Positions 37,901 to 46,729 of a stretch of DNA of 64,000 bases are shown here, one piece after another. The stretch lies in NCBI GenBank assembly GCA_965223265.1, contig OZ244999.1:2016001-2080000 (forward strand). The letters are read 5' to 3'. The notes beneath the pieces are model-generated. The model saw nothing but the letters and a program-made list of their open reading frames with translations. It was not told the DNA's origin and searched no databases. Made by a program: the position numbers and the translations under genes. The DNA comes from Planctomycetota bacterium (GTDB taxonomy: Bacteria; Planctomycetota; UBA8108; SXIK01). How positions within the stretch are numbered: position 1 is the stretch's first letter; every line of letters starts with the position of its first letter.

Positions 37901-40900
37901 GCCGTCGTTATCGTCATCGAGTCCTGGATCGAACGCGCGAACTGTTGTTTTGGTCTGCAATCCTTCGACGAGAAAGTCGTCGATCTGCCAGCCACCGAAC
38001 TCGATGGAGAAGTCAGATAGGAGAACGAGCACAAGGCGTCCGCGTCGACCGCGGAGAGACGACGCAGACACCCGCACGAGCTCGTAGCCTAACCGTGTGT
38101 TCGTCGACAAATCTGTGATGATCTCGATGTCTGACTGACCATCGTCGAATGCTATGATTGCGATGTCGACTCCCTCTTCCAGCTCTAGGATGTGCTGGAA
38201 GCTGATCACGGGCGAAGAGTCGACGGCGAACGCAAAGACCGGGGTGACAAGTCGGGCTTCGACGTTGGGCGGATAGTCGCCATCGATGACGGTCGCCCAA
38301 ACGTTTTGTCCTGAATGAGCTGCGGACAACTTGGGAGCTCCCCATTGCCAGACGTCAGACGTGACGCGCTCTTCGAAACCAGCAGCGTCACGCTCGAAGT
38401 CGTGCGAGAAAGACTCTTGCGGCGCGATCCCGGCGCCATCGGTGTCGACGATTGAAACCGTCAACTCGCCGGCGCTCGCGGCGCGCACGCCGACGACGAG
38501 TTCTCCTGACGCCATCTCGGCACGGAGGAGCGCCGTCCCCAGACCGCTGAGCGCACGACCGCCTTCGATGGGGTCAGTGAACACCGCCTCGACTCCTTCG
38601 AGCGCCAGTCCGAGCCGCAGCGGCTCGGTGAACGCCTCGCCGTCGACCTCCGCTCTGACGCGCACCGTAGCAGGCTCGCCGACGAGTGCAGAGACTGTCG
38701 GCGGTAACAACACCGCGATCTTCGCCGCCGGAAACGGATCGACACCATCGGGAACGCCATCATGATCCGAATCCGACAGCAGAGGATTGGATCGACCGTC
38801 CGTGGCTTCAGCGAAATCGGACAGCCCGTCGCCGTCGGTGTCCGCGTCGGTCGCTGACGTACCCAGTGCCGCCTCTTGCGCGTTCGACAGCCCATCGGCG
38901 TCGGCGTCGGCGTCAGCGTCGAGTGGATCCGTCGGGTCGAGTCCGTGAGTTACCTCGTAGAGCCCTGACATGCCGTCGCCGTCCAGGTCGAGTGCGAAGT
39001 TGACGACTTCGAGCTCGTCTCGTGGACGGAGCCCCGTGAGCGCGGCTTGCGGCTGCATGGTCAACCAATCGGCCTGGGCGCGGCTGGCGTCCAGGTGCGG
39101 ACTGAGAGAGCCGAAGTGAAGGAGTGCGCGCGTCTCTCCGGGCGCCAACTGCAGCCGGAAGCTCACTGCTGCAGCTGTACCTCCAGCGGCGAGACGCTCG
39201 GATGTCGCGCTCAGAAGGGTGGCGTCCTCGGGGGTTACCTCCGCGCCGTCGTCGCCGTAGAACCAGAGGAAGGACGGCATCCCATCGTCTGGGTCACGAT
39301 CGTTGAAGTGTGCGTACCGATCGCTCGCCAGCCAATTCACCGGTGAAGGTGACGAAGTGCTGGACTTCGTCGCCTCGACATCGATCCAGCCGTCGTGGAA
39401 AAACTCATGGCGCAGCTGCACCACGATCTCCGCGGACTCGGCAGTCACATTCGTGAACCGCTCAACGTATCGAACCAGTCCATGCGTCGGGGAAACCCAG
39501 ACGCGGCGGATCGTCTGGACTGAGTCGACGCGTGCGTCCGTGGCGAGCAATTCGCCTGCCTCGCCACTTTCATGGAGGCTCGCCGTACTCCTGAATCGTC
39601 TGCCGTCAACGTCCAGTTGGAAGCCTCCGCCGTCGGCGAATGCTTCAAGCAGTGGATCGCCGCCGAGCGTGCTTGCTGTCGCAGAGCTGAGAAGCACCCA
39701 CGCCTGGCCGCTGCCATCGATGCGCCGCGCTGGAGTCGTCACGGCTCGCGGGTCATCGGCGGAGTCGTTGGGGTCGCTGCCGACGGCAACTTCGAATCCG
39801 TCAGAGCTCCCGCCTGAGTCCGTATCGGGCGCGCGGGGATCGGTTCCAGTGCTGGAGTTATCGACGAAACGTCCCGAGCGATCCTCCACCTGATCGGAGA
39901 GGCCATCGCCGTCGGTGTCGGAGCGGCGCGGGTTCGTCTCCTGTGCGATTTCTTCTGCGTTGGTCAGCTCGTCGCCGTCTGCATCTTCGTCGGCCGCAAG
40001 CATCTCAACGCTGAGATCGGTCGACTCAAGGGAGAGGTCGTCTAAGTACCAGCCGCCACCCGGAGCGCAAGCGCTACAGCGACTCGCGGCGCGAAAACGA
40101 ATTCGTACGGCGTCGCCGGCGTCGGAAGCGTCTAGCTGGATCAACATCTCCTCAAACCCGCCGCCGTTGTCGCGGCCGAGCACGGGCTGGGGGGCTGCCG
40201 GCCCGTCGTCGGGGGCACACACGTCGGCGAGAAGGTATGGATAGCCGTCGATGGGCTCGATCGTTTCCCACGGACGATGTGGTCGAAGGATTTCGATCCA
40301 GCCGCCTCGGTGGACGCTGTTCTCGACGGCTCCGCACGACGCCGGCTCGAATTCATAGCGTGTGACCAACCGAAGCCGGGCGTCGCCTCTTGCTGGAACC
40401 TGTATCGGTACTGAGACGATCGTTGATTCACCGTCGCCGAACAGCTCGCCGCTCCACCACGCCGCGGAACCTTCTCGCACGTCGGCGTCGTCCGGCTCGG
40501 TGGCCAACGCCGTGATCATCCACCCCATGCCATCCGAGTCTCTCTCTGTCTGCCATCGCCGCACCGCATCGACGCCATCGACGCTATCGAGCGCGACACG
40601 GTGGCGGACGGCGTCGATCGACAGGCCGCCTCCAGTTTGCGACAGGAGGAATCGCAGTGGGCCTGGCGCTACTCCCCGAAGAGCGATAGCGAACTCACCG
40701 GCGATCGTCTCGCAGCCAACCACAGGTCCCCCAGCTCCGGACGTCAAAATGCCCAGTGCGGCGTTCTCGCCGAACACGGCGTTGCCCGAGACGGTCAAAA
40801 GAAAGCGGATAGGTTCGTCGATGCGTTCACCCCGATCGTCGCGAAACACGAGGTGTACGAGAGGTTCACTTGTGTCGACGAAGAAACTCGGGGCGAACAG

Positions 40901-40978
40901 AGTAGCAGTCGCCTGACCGTACGCTGGAAGACTTTGCGTCAGCAGGGCCGAGGCGATCGTGAACCACGTAACCGCCAT
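34949..40978 (-). CDS. ~2000-aa exported multidomain protein: DxDxDG (TSP3-like) repeats, jelly-roll domains, IPT/TIG, C-terminal dockerin-like domain
   Basis: Many DTDGDGLSD..E motifs. GWYLDD and GWQIDD domain ends. FRRGEVNDD..C..DVNDDG..GRDPTEDALTC. Start uncertain (ORF is open to 41134). Confidence 0.85.
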   Translation of the reverse strand: MAVTWFTIASALLTQSLPAYGQATATLFAPSFFVDTSEPLVHLVFRDDRGERIDEPIRFLLTVSGNAVFGENAALGILTSGAGGPVVGCETIAGEFAIALRGVAPGPLRFLLSQTGGGLSIDAVRHRVALDSVDGVDAVRRWQTERDSDGMGWMITALATEPDDADVREGSAAWWSGELFGDGESTIVSVPIQVPARGDARLRLVTRYEFEPASCGAVENSVHRGGWIEILRPHRPWETIEPIDGYPYLLADVCAPDDGPAAPQPVLGRDNGGGFEEMLIQLDASDAGDAVRIRFRAASRCSACAPGGGWYLDDLSLESTDLSVEMLAADEDADGDELTNAEEIAQETNPRRSDTDGDGLSDQVEDRSGRFVDNSSTGTDPRAPDTDSGGSSDGFEVAVGSDPNDSADDPRAVTTPARRIDGSGQAWVLLSSATASTLGGDPLLEAFADGGGFQLDVDGRRFRSTASLHESGEAGELLATDARVDSVQTIRRVWVSPTHGLVRYVERFTNVTAESAEIVVQLRHEFFHDGWIDVEATKSSTSSPSPVNWLASDRYAHFNDRDPDDGMPSFLWFYGDDGAEVTPEDATLLSATSERLAAGGTAAAVSFRLQLAPGETRALLHFGSLSPHLDASRAQADWLTMQPQAALTGLRPRDELEVVNFALDLDGDGMSGLYEVTHGLDPTDPLDADADADADGLSNAQEAALGTSATDADTDGDGLSDFAEATDGRSNPLLSDSDHDGVPDGVDPFPAAKIAVLLPPTVSALVGEPATVRVRAEVDGEAFTEPLRLGLALEGVEAVFTDPIEGGRALSGLGTALLRAEMASGELVVGVRAASAGELTVSIVDTDGAGIAPQESFSHDFERDAAGFEERVTSDVWQWGAPKLSAAHSGQNVWATVIDGDYPPNVEARLVTPVFAFAVDSSPVISFQHILELEEGVDIAIIAFDDGQSDIEIITDLSTNTRLGYELVRVSASSLRGRRGRLVLVLLSDFSIEFGGWQIDDFLVEGLQTKTTVRAFDPGLDDDNDGLSNRDEIARGTDPDDADTDGDGLGDQVETATGIFVDENDTGSSPTSADTDGGGQGDGDEVRRGNDPNVSSDDTVSVDVFDPVVVTGADERTWQILSLGAAIMDDESILVDLGLLTVDDELFVSETGILAEEGQLLRLFSADFFSPQGVIRQVFVHPEAPWLRWHDSFSGDSRVANVAFESFLMSLDGVEIVSTSSGDELLDANDDAYVVRLRRLGNDLFLGHAFVGAGAILRPFFIGVDAIGSASIEYGIGPESPESLASLLSYVVVSEDLGVVEAILRDVRSPTGAYLQGLDAADRSNVVNFQIDSDSDGLPDRFETAAGLDPSDPDDAAADPDSDGLTNAEEFAIGASPLRADTDGDGVSDGEEANRGTSPTNADTDGDGIGDADDTLPNTHIVLHHREEIVGIVDEPIVYRVAVRDAHGTPLSDQTIADADVRLVFELSDDARFAGILHGDAVTPPTAQSVTVRPRGGWIVVSVGSDRPALATLRVSSSVVQTDGQSHVRVLTPDIDADGDGLPNRFEVTWGTDPDNSDTDGDGIGDRFETASYAFRTAVEIGTFPWLGDSDGGGLHDGDELPQFNPVIAADDVVETTLPHVVNAGEASWLVLPSTALSEPTATPVVVDNAAVLSVDGDFAGAVAIAKALPGDRGVIVGPTAVGPLTLRRYVASQLGPQPLIRIEDELINSTASAQDVLVELHFDVALDSFTSRFDTSSDDNTESRQGSWALLGRGDAALLHVYPRTSPPPRTSRPAVDRLREEFSLSFAPGEHKVLVHYIAVGSASALSTLGSRLLDSESTIFEPQQALGNAVSKPETGLLVWDAWPREELAFGETWSLAGEGFDADARVTIGVEPSRVIRWTPTRLVLEAPRQAASGVVRVTTAAGTSSLIAAQLRVGEGSEQFRRGEVNDDRVIDLTDALALIAILFRGQSAPECMDRLDVNDDGTADLSDPVYLLRALFAGDRAIPLPGGVVPGRDPTEDALTCAP

Positions 40979-41087
40979 CCGATGGACGAGTCGAAGGCAG
41001 CGGCACGTGCAAAGCGTTTTGCGCCATGGGTCGCACGGCGGGCGAGATGGCGCGCGATGCGGCTTGGTGGGAAAAACGTATGGTTTT

Positions 41088-43490
41088 TCAGGCGTCACAA
41101 GTGAGCTCATCCGGGGTCGGATCGTCACCGGCACTGGGATAGGGTGCCGCGGGCGGTTCTTGACCGCCGAACAGAAAAAGAAGAAGAGCGATCGGATCTG
41201 ACACGTTCAGCTGTCCATCGTCGTTGACGTCGGCTGCTTTTTGGCACTGCATGGGACCGGAAACGAAGAGATGCCGCAGTGTTCTCACCGCGTCGTTGAG
41301 ACTGAGGGTTCCGTCGAGGTCGGCGTCGCCACGAATGAATCCGCCGAAGCGAAGGCCCCATGAAGAGACGGTGGCTGGATCCAAGAAGTCACCATTGCTG
41401 ATTTCCAGGCTCCAGACCCCGGCGATCGGTTCACCTGCAAGGGACTGCAAACGACGCGACGAGGCGTCGTCGGCGCCGAAAATAAATGGAGGCGACGATG
41501 CGCCGAAACTGCTCTGTTGTAGCTGTACTCGAGTGCCAGTAGGCGACTGAAGTGTCATCTCTAAGCCGAAGGGAAAGTTGTGGACGACGTCGACGTAGAC
41601 TTGGATTGGCCGACTCGGGTGCGCAGCTGTCTGGATGTTGCCGGTGCGATCCAGCAGCACCTTGAGGGTTCGCGTTGTCCCAGCTGTAATCACGACATTC
41701 GGCGCGAAGCGCACCGAGTGAAACCACGACAGGCTGAGACGTGAGTTCAGAAATCCTCGTCGCCCGAAAACTCGCTGAAGTAGTTCGGCGTTCGAGCCCG
41801 CGTTCAGAGCCTGGTCGGCTTGAATGACTGCATCAGCGGCGTCGCGAAATGACGCGTTGTTGGACAGAAAGAAGTGGCTTTGAAAGACAAGACGAAGAGT
41901 CTCGTTCCGACCCAGCTCGGTGAATATCTGCCAAAGGGACGCCGACCACATTTCTCCATCGGCGTGTGGCTCGCCAACGAGTGCTTCGGGATACTCCTTC
42001 TCTGAGTCGAGGCGACGGATGCACGGTACGTCGAGGAAATCCTCCAAACCGCGGCTCACCCAATCGGCTAGGCAGAGGTCGCCGAATCCATCGCTGAACT
42101 CGGCCAAGTACGCGGCGGCAAAAAAGTCGGACCATCCTTCGCCAATGGCGAACGTCTCGAAGGATTCGAAGGTCGCTCCGAAGTTCGGAATCTGATTCTC
42201 CTGGGTCGCATGGCCGTACTCGTGGATGATGACTTCGGCATCTTCGGCGAAGTCGACCCCACCCGAGCCAAATGCCATCGCGCCGCGTCCGGGTGTGTCA
42301 AAACTCGGTTCGAAGAAAGCCTGGGGGTCCTCGTATGGGATCCCGGGGGGCTGTGAGTTGGCGAAAGCCGCGATTGGCCAGTTGGCGATGTCGCCGAACC
42401 CGAGCGACTGAATGAAGCGCTGCACGGAATCGATGTGATAGTAAATCATCACTTCTTCGAAGCCATCGTGGTCGCGGCGGAACGGAAAGTCGAGGCGCAC
42501 GCGCCGTACCGCGTTGGGAGTTGATGTGGTGTCAACGAATTCGCCGGCGCAGCCGCCGCTGCCGTCGAGGCCGCGAAGCGCGACGTCTGCATACGCTTCA
42601 TCGGGCACGGCGGACGCGTCGTCGTCGTTATCCTCGAGACTCGGATTCTTCAGCGCCACGACTGGGTTGACGAGAAATACGCGTCCCGTTCCGTCACGTG
42701 CTTCGCCGGGGCCGTATCGCAGTCGGTCAGTCGTCGAGAGCAGCGCCCCGGAATGGGCATCGATGCGAAGTACGAACATGCCGCTAGGTTTCGATGTCCA
42801 GACCGTCACGGCCCAGGTCAAACGCAGCGGAAGTGGTAGTGCGTGGAGCTCGAGTCTGGCCCTCGGTGGGCGGCGCTGCGCTGCTGCAAGGTTGCGAACC
42901 GCCGCGTCGATCGCTTCCGCTGCGGTCAACGTCGGGGTGACCAGCTGAAGCAAGTCCTGGGGCGGCTCTCCTAAGAAAGGAAGAGTGCTCGTGACACCGA
43001 TCAGGTCGACCGTTCCGTTTGCAGACGAACGATCGACATGGACAACGATCTCTCCGCTCGACAGCGGGACGGCTTCGACGAATGGCTGGAAGCGGACGTG
43101 GGTCGTTCCGATCCCCTGCTGCTCGCTCGTCGCTATCAGAGTCACCCCGTCGTCGGCTCCGCCGACAAGCGGTTGGACCGCTGCGAGGAACGCTTGGCAA
43201 GTCTCGGCGATCGAGCCTGTGAGCTGCAAAGGAATGCGGGCAGTCAAGGCGCGGATTCTCCCGGTGGACTCGTCCCAACGTGTCGACAGCGGTTCGGTTG
43301 AGAGTGGCCGCAGGTTTTCGAGCACACGCTGAGCTGTGCGGGTCGGCGGGCGCAAGAGTACCGGCCGATCTTGCGAAAATGCCCCTTCGGCAAGGATTGC
43401 GATCAAGAGGGTGAGCGGCGCACAGGCTCGTGTGACGCCGGAAACATCCCAACGAGCTGGTCCAGTACGAGCCTTCCCGACAACACTCAT
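41088..43490 (-). CDS. Secreted M36/M4-type zinc metallopeptidase with propeptide, P-domain and dockerin-like tail
   Basis: VIIHEYGH, IGEGWSD and EPHADGEMW. P-domain LQSPTGT..GEPIAGVWSL. FIRGDADLDG..KAADVNDDG..DPTPDELTC. Confidence 0.9.
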   Translation of the reverse strand: MSVVGKARTGPARWDVSGVTRACAPLTLLIAILAEGAFSQDRPVLLRPPTRTAQRVLENLRPLSTEPLSTRWDESTGRIRALTARIPLQLTGSIAETCQAFLAAVQPLVGGADDGVTLIATSEQQGIGTTHVRFQPFVEAVPLSSGEIVVHVDRSSANGTVDLIGVTSTLPFLGEPPQDLLQLVTPTLTAAEAIDAAVRNLAAAQRRPPRARLELHALPLPLRLTWAVTVWTSKPSGMFVLRIDAHSGALLSTTDRLRYGPGEARDGTGRVFLVNPVVALKNPSLEDNDDDASAVPDEAYADVALRGLDGSGGCAGEFVDTTSTPNAVRRVRLDFPFRRDHDGFEEVMIYYHIDSVQRFIQSLGFGDIANWPIAAFANSQPPGIPYEDPQAFFEPSFDTPGRGAMAFGSGGVDFAEDAEVIIHEYGHATQENQIPNFGATFESFETFAIGEGWSDFFAAAYLAEFSDGFGDLCLADWVSRGLEDFLDVPCIRRLDSEKEYPEALVGEPHADGEMWSASLWQIFTELGRNETLRLVFQSHFFLSNNASFRDAADAVIQADQALNAGSNAELLQRVFGRRGFLNSRLSLSWFHSVRFAPNVVITAGTTRTLKVLLDRTGNIQTAAHPSRPIQVYVDVVHNFPFGLEMTLQSPTGTRVQLQQSSFGASSPPFIFGADDASSRRLQSLAGEPIAGVWSLEISNGDFLDPATVSSWGLRFGGFIRGDADLDGTLSLNDAVRTLRHLFVSGPMQCQKAADVNDDGQLNVSDPIALLLFLFGGQEPPAAPYPSAGDDPTPDELTCDA

Positions 43491-43502
43491 GCGTCCGTCG
43501 CG

Positions 43503-43566
43503 CAACTGCTTTGCCTCAACTGCTTTGCCTCAACTGCTTTGCCTCAACTGCTTTGCCTCAACTGCT
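43503..43566. repeat. 14-bp tandem repeat (CAACTGCTTTGCCT) x4.6
   Basis: Perfect copies at 43503, 43517, 43531 and 43545, plus a partial fifth. Confidence 0.95.
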
Positions 43567-43849
43567 ACAGCAATCACGCAACGCGGCAGTGACTGCATCG
43601 CTTCTTTGTCCGCATTGTAACCGAAGCGTGAAGCGCAGCATCACGTATTCCTTTGCGGCTGCACGGGGAACATGTCAAGGCGCGGTGACAAGATCAAACG
43701 GACGACGAACCTGTTTTTCGTATCGATGGTCAGGATGTTTCGCGTCCGTGGTGTTGGTGAGCGTCAGTCTTGTGGTTGCGTGGGCGTGCGGGTGGGGTCC
43801 TCGAGCGCCTGCCGCTTCTCTGTCTGATCTTCGTAGAAGGCCACAAGTC

Positions 43850-44280
43850 AACCGAGGAAACCTTGGTTTCCGTCCGAGCGTAGCGAGGTCCTCAGCGCAG
43901 GTCGATCTTTGGACATCGCTGTTCGACCTGCGCCTAGCGAGGCGGCACCGGAGGTCGGTCGCAAAGGGGGCAGGATGGGCGGCCCAGCGGCCGCGGAGCG
44001 TCTGTTGGTGGTATTGCGAACGACTTTCGGTGCTAGAGCAAAGCGCGCCATGCTTCCATTCGCACTCGGGGTGCAGGGTGGGGTCCGAACCAGTGCGGGC
44101 GCTGCATTCTTCGTGACGACGTCGAAGGAAATAGGAGTTCCTTGCAATCAGGAAACGAACCGCAGTCACCCAGACTGGGCATCTGTCACTGTGCTCTATT
44201 TGTCTTGGGGTTGTTTTAGCTTAGCGAGTCACCTCCGAGTTGCGTTTGCTTCGTGTTTCGTAACGGAGAGTGCGAAGAGA
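43850..44280 (-). ncRNA. Candidate bridge/seek RNA region of the IS110 element
   Basis: Non-coding 3' end of the IS. Contains ACGAAGAATG (minus strand, 44105-44114), identical to the predicted circle-junction sequence. Confidence 0.55.
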
Positions 44281-45420
44281 TCAGTTCGCTCCTGCCAACT
44301 GCGACGAGCTTTTCATCTTCCCTGGCGGACGGCGCCCGTGACCAGGAAGTGACTGCTTCTGAGGCGTTCCGTTGGGAAAGGGTTGGTAGTCCTTGTCGTT
44401 ATTCCACAAGTGATGGAGCAGAGCCGCCAGCTTGCGGGCGACCGCGACGACGGCTCGTTTCTTTGCGCCTCGGTTTTTCGAACCTGGAGGGCAAATTCGC
44501 TGCCCGAAACGGCGCAGCTCACTGTCCAGAGCGTGGGGGCCGAGGATGCAATGTGCCGCTGTGACTAAGAGCTTGCGCATGTAGGGGTCACCACACTTGC
44601 TGATTCTCAGTTGCGGATCGCGCCCCGAGGACCGATCGACTATGGGAGTAAGCCCAATGTAGGATCCCACCAGACGACTTTGCTCGAAACGACGGTGATC
44701 ATGCACAGTCAAGACGAACGCTAACGCCGTGAGGGCACCCACGCCGTGTACGGTTCGCAGCCTGTCAGTCGGCGGGTAACTCTTGCACAAACCTTCGATC
44801 TGCTTGTCGAAGTCCGCGATCTGTGCACTGAGGTTCGCGATCTGCTTCAGGATCGCAAGGAGCGCGGGCGCCAGCTCTTGCGGGATCTTGTCTTTGACTT
44901 TGCGCTCGAAGTAGTGACCGTCGCACGCAGGTAGGCAGCAGCCAAAACTCAAGCAGCGCGAGCGCACGTGATTGATCATTTCCGTGCGCTGTTTGACGAA
45001 CAGCATGCGGCTGCGGATCACTGCAATCTCGGCTTGCTGCTTGAGACTGCGCAGGTGCACCAGAGGTAACTCAGCTCGGTCGCGCCATGCTGCTCGTGCC
45101 AGCTTCTTGGCGTCGATGCGATCGGTCTTCTTCTTTGTCTTGTAGATCTCCGGCATCTCGCGCGGATTCACCACCAGCACGGTGTGACCGAGCTTCTGCA
45201 GTAACGCGTTGACCCAGACGGCCTGCGGTCCAGCCTCGATCACGACTTCAGCGTGCTCCCATTGACCGAAGAACTTCTCGAACGTCTCCGCCGAGGAGCT
45301 GATCAATTGATCCTCCAGGAGTTCGCCTTGGGGCGATACGGCAAAAACATGGCTCTTTCTCTTCCCGAGATCGACACCCACGGTAATTTCCCGACGACGA
45401 TTCGTGCTAAACTGACGCAT
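44281..45420 (-). CDS. IS110-family DEDD transposase/recombinase
   Basis: VGVDLGK, VVIEAG, KTDRIDA, VHGVGALTA, YIGLTP..SSG..ISKCGD and AVARKLA. Confidence 0.96.
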   Translation of the reverse strand: MRQFSTNRRREITVGVDLGKRKSHVFAVSPQGELLEDQLISSSAETFEKFFGQWEHAEVVIEAGPQAVWVNALLQKLGHTVLVVNPREMPEIYKTKKKTDRIDAKKLARAAWRDRAELPLVHLRSLKQQAEIAVIRSRMLFVKQRTEMINHVRSRCLSFGCCLPACDGHYFERKVKDKIPQELAPALLAILKQIANLSAQIADFDKQIEGLCKSYPPTDRLRTVHGVGALTALAFVLTVHDHRRFEQSRLVGSYIGLTPIVDRSSGRDPQLRISKCGDPYMRKLLVTAAHCILGPHALDSELRRFGQRICPPGSKNRGAKKRAVVAVARKLAALLHHLWNNDKDYQPFPNGTPQKQSLPGHGRRPPGKMKSSSQLAGAN

Positions 45421-45524
45421 GGCCAATCCTCCTCTGAGTTTGGGCTCGCCACGAGCGAAGCCCGTGATTTTAACTGCAGGCTTTATAGCACTGCGTGGGG
45501 ATGGATTGGCCTTCTCATCCCATT

Positions 45525-45605
45525 CTTCGTTTGCTTCGTTTGCATCTGTTCAAGATTCAAGAGATCAGAAGAAGAGTTGAACAAAAGGAAACAAAGTCAA
45601 CGAAG
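45525..45605. repeat. Imperfect inverted repeat abutting the IS end
   Basis: CTTCGTTTGCTTCGTTTGCATCTGTTCAA versus TTGAACAAAAGGAAACAAAGTCAACGAAG. Confidence 0.6.
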
Positions 45606-45707
45606 GAAGACCGTCCAAAGGAGCAAGCAACGTCGTGTGTCGTCCGGTCTGGCACACCCCGACCCCGATGTTGCAAAAGAAAAGCGCTTCAAGGCGATGC
45701 GCGATTG

Positions 45708-46595
45708 CGTGTGCGTGTGCGTGTGCGTGGGAGTGGGAGTGGGAGTGGGAGTGGGAGTGTGCGTGGGAGTGGGAGTGTGCGTGGGAGTGGGAGTGGGAGT
45801 GGGAGTGGGCGTGTGCGTGTGCGTGTGCTGAAAGTAGCAGGCACACTCCCGTGTGCCGTCCGGTCTTGTGTGAGCGTGAGCGTGTGCTGAAAGTAGCAGG
45901 CACACTCCCGTGTGCCGTCCGGTCTTGTGTGTGAGCGTGGGCGTGAGCGTGAGCGTGTGCGTGTGCGTGTGCGTGTGCGAGGGCGTGTGCGTGTGCGTGT
46001 GCGTGTGCGTGTGCGTGTGCGTGTGCGTGTGCGTGTGCGTGTGCGTGTGCGTGTGCGTGTGCGTGGGCGTGTGCGTGTGCGTGGGCTGAAAGTAGCAGGC
46101 ACACTCCCGTGTGCCGTCCGGTCTTGTGCGTGTGCGTGTGCGTGTGCGTGTGCGTGTGCGTGTGCGTGTGCGTGTGCGTGTGCGTGTGCGTGTGCGTGTG
46201 CGTGTGCGTGTGCGTGTGCGTGTGCGTGTGCGTGGGCTGAAAGTAGCAGGCACACTCCCGTGTGCCGTCCGGTCTTGTGTGTGAGCGTGGGCGTGAGCGT
46301 GAGCGTGAGCGTGTGCGAGGGCGTGGGCGAGGGCGTGTGCGTGTGCGTGGGCGTGGGCGTGTGCGTGGGCGTGGGCGTGGGAGTGTGCGTGGGAGTGTGC
46401 GTGGGAGTGTGCGTGGGAGTGTGCGTGGGAGTGTGCGTGGGAGTGTGCGTGGGCGATCGAAGACCGGTTCTCTGCGTCTGGCTCCGTATCTGTATCTGTA
46501 TCTGCCTCCGTATCTGCATCTGACTCTGATTCTGACTATTCTGCCTCTGCCTCTGCCTCTGCCTCTGCCTCTGACGCCGTATCTGCATCTGTCTG
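45708..46595 (+). repeat. Composite array: (GTGTGC/GTGGGA/GTGGGC)n with four identical 43-bp REP units, then a (TCTGNN)n tract
   Basis: CTGAAAGTAGCAGGCACACTCCCGTGTGCCGTCCGGTCTTGTG at 45828, 45887, 46086 and 46237. Confidence 0.95.
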
Positions 46596-46729
46596 GGTAC
46601 GTCCGAACTACGTCCGTGTCCGCCGCCCTTTCCGAAGGACCAAGACCTCGGCGATCAACCGCGATCGGAACCGATCGCACCTCGCCTTTGTGATACACAC
46701 GTCGTGTCATCCGTGGCATCATGCCGCGC

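Larger units (their letters stand above)
43828..45530 (-). mobile_element. IS110-family element (IS1111-like layout)
   Basis: Transposase gene. Subterminal inverted motif AGAAGGCC(43835)/GGCCTTCT(45508). TCTTCGT directly repeated at 43828 and 45524. Long non-coding segment downstream of the gene. Confidence 0.8.

Noticed and set aside
43650-43680. TTGACA on the minus strand as the IS110 end or the peptidase promoter
   Set aside because: No matching subterminal repeat and no convincing -10 at 16-18 nt. The 43828-43851 end fits better.
45828-46279. CRISPR array
   Set aside because: Spacers are low-complexity and vary from 16 to 156 nt, there are no cas genes in the window, and the unit has REP (GTAG + hairpin) architecture.
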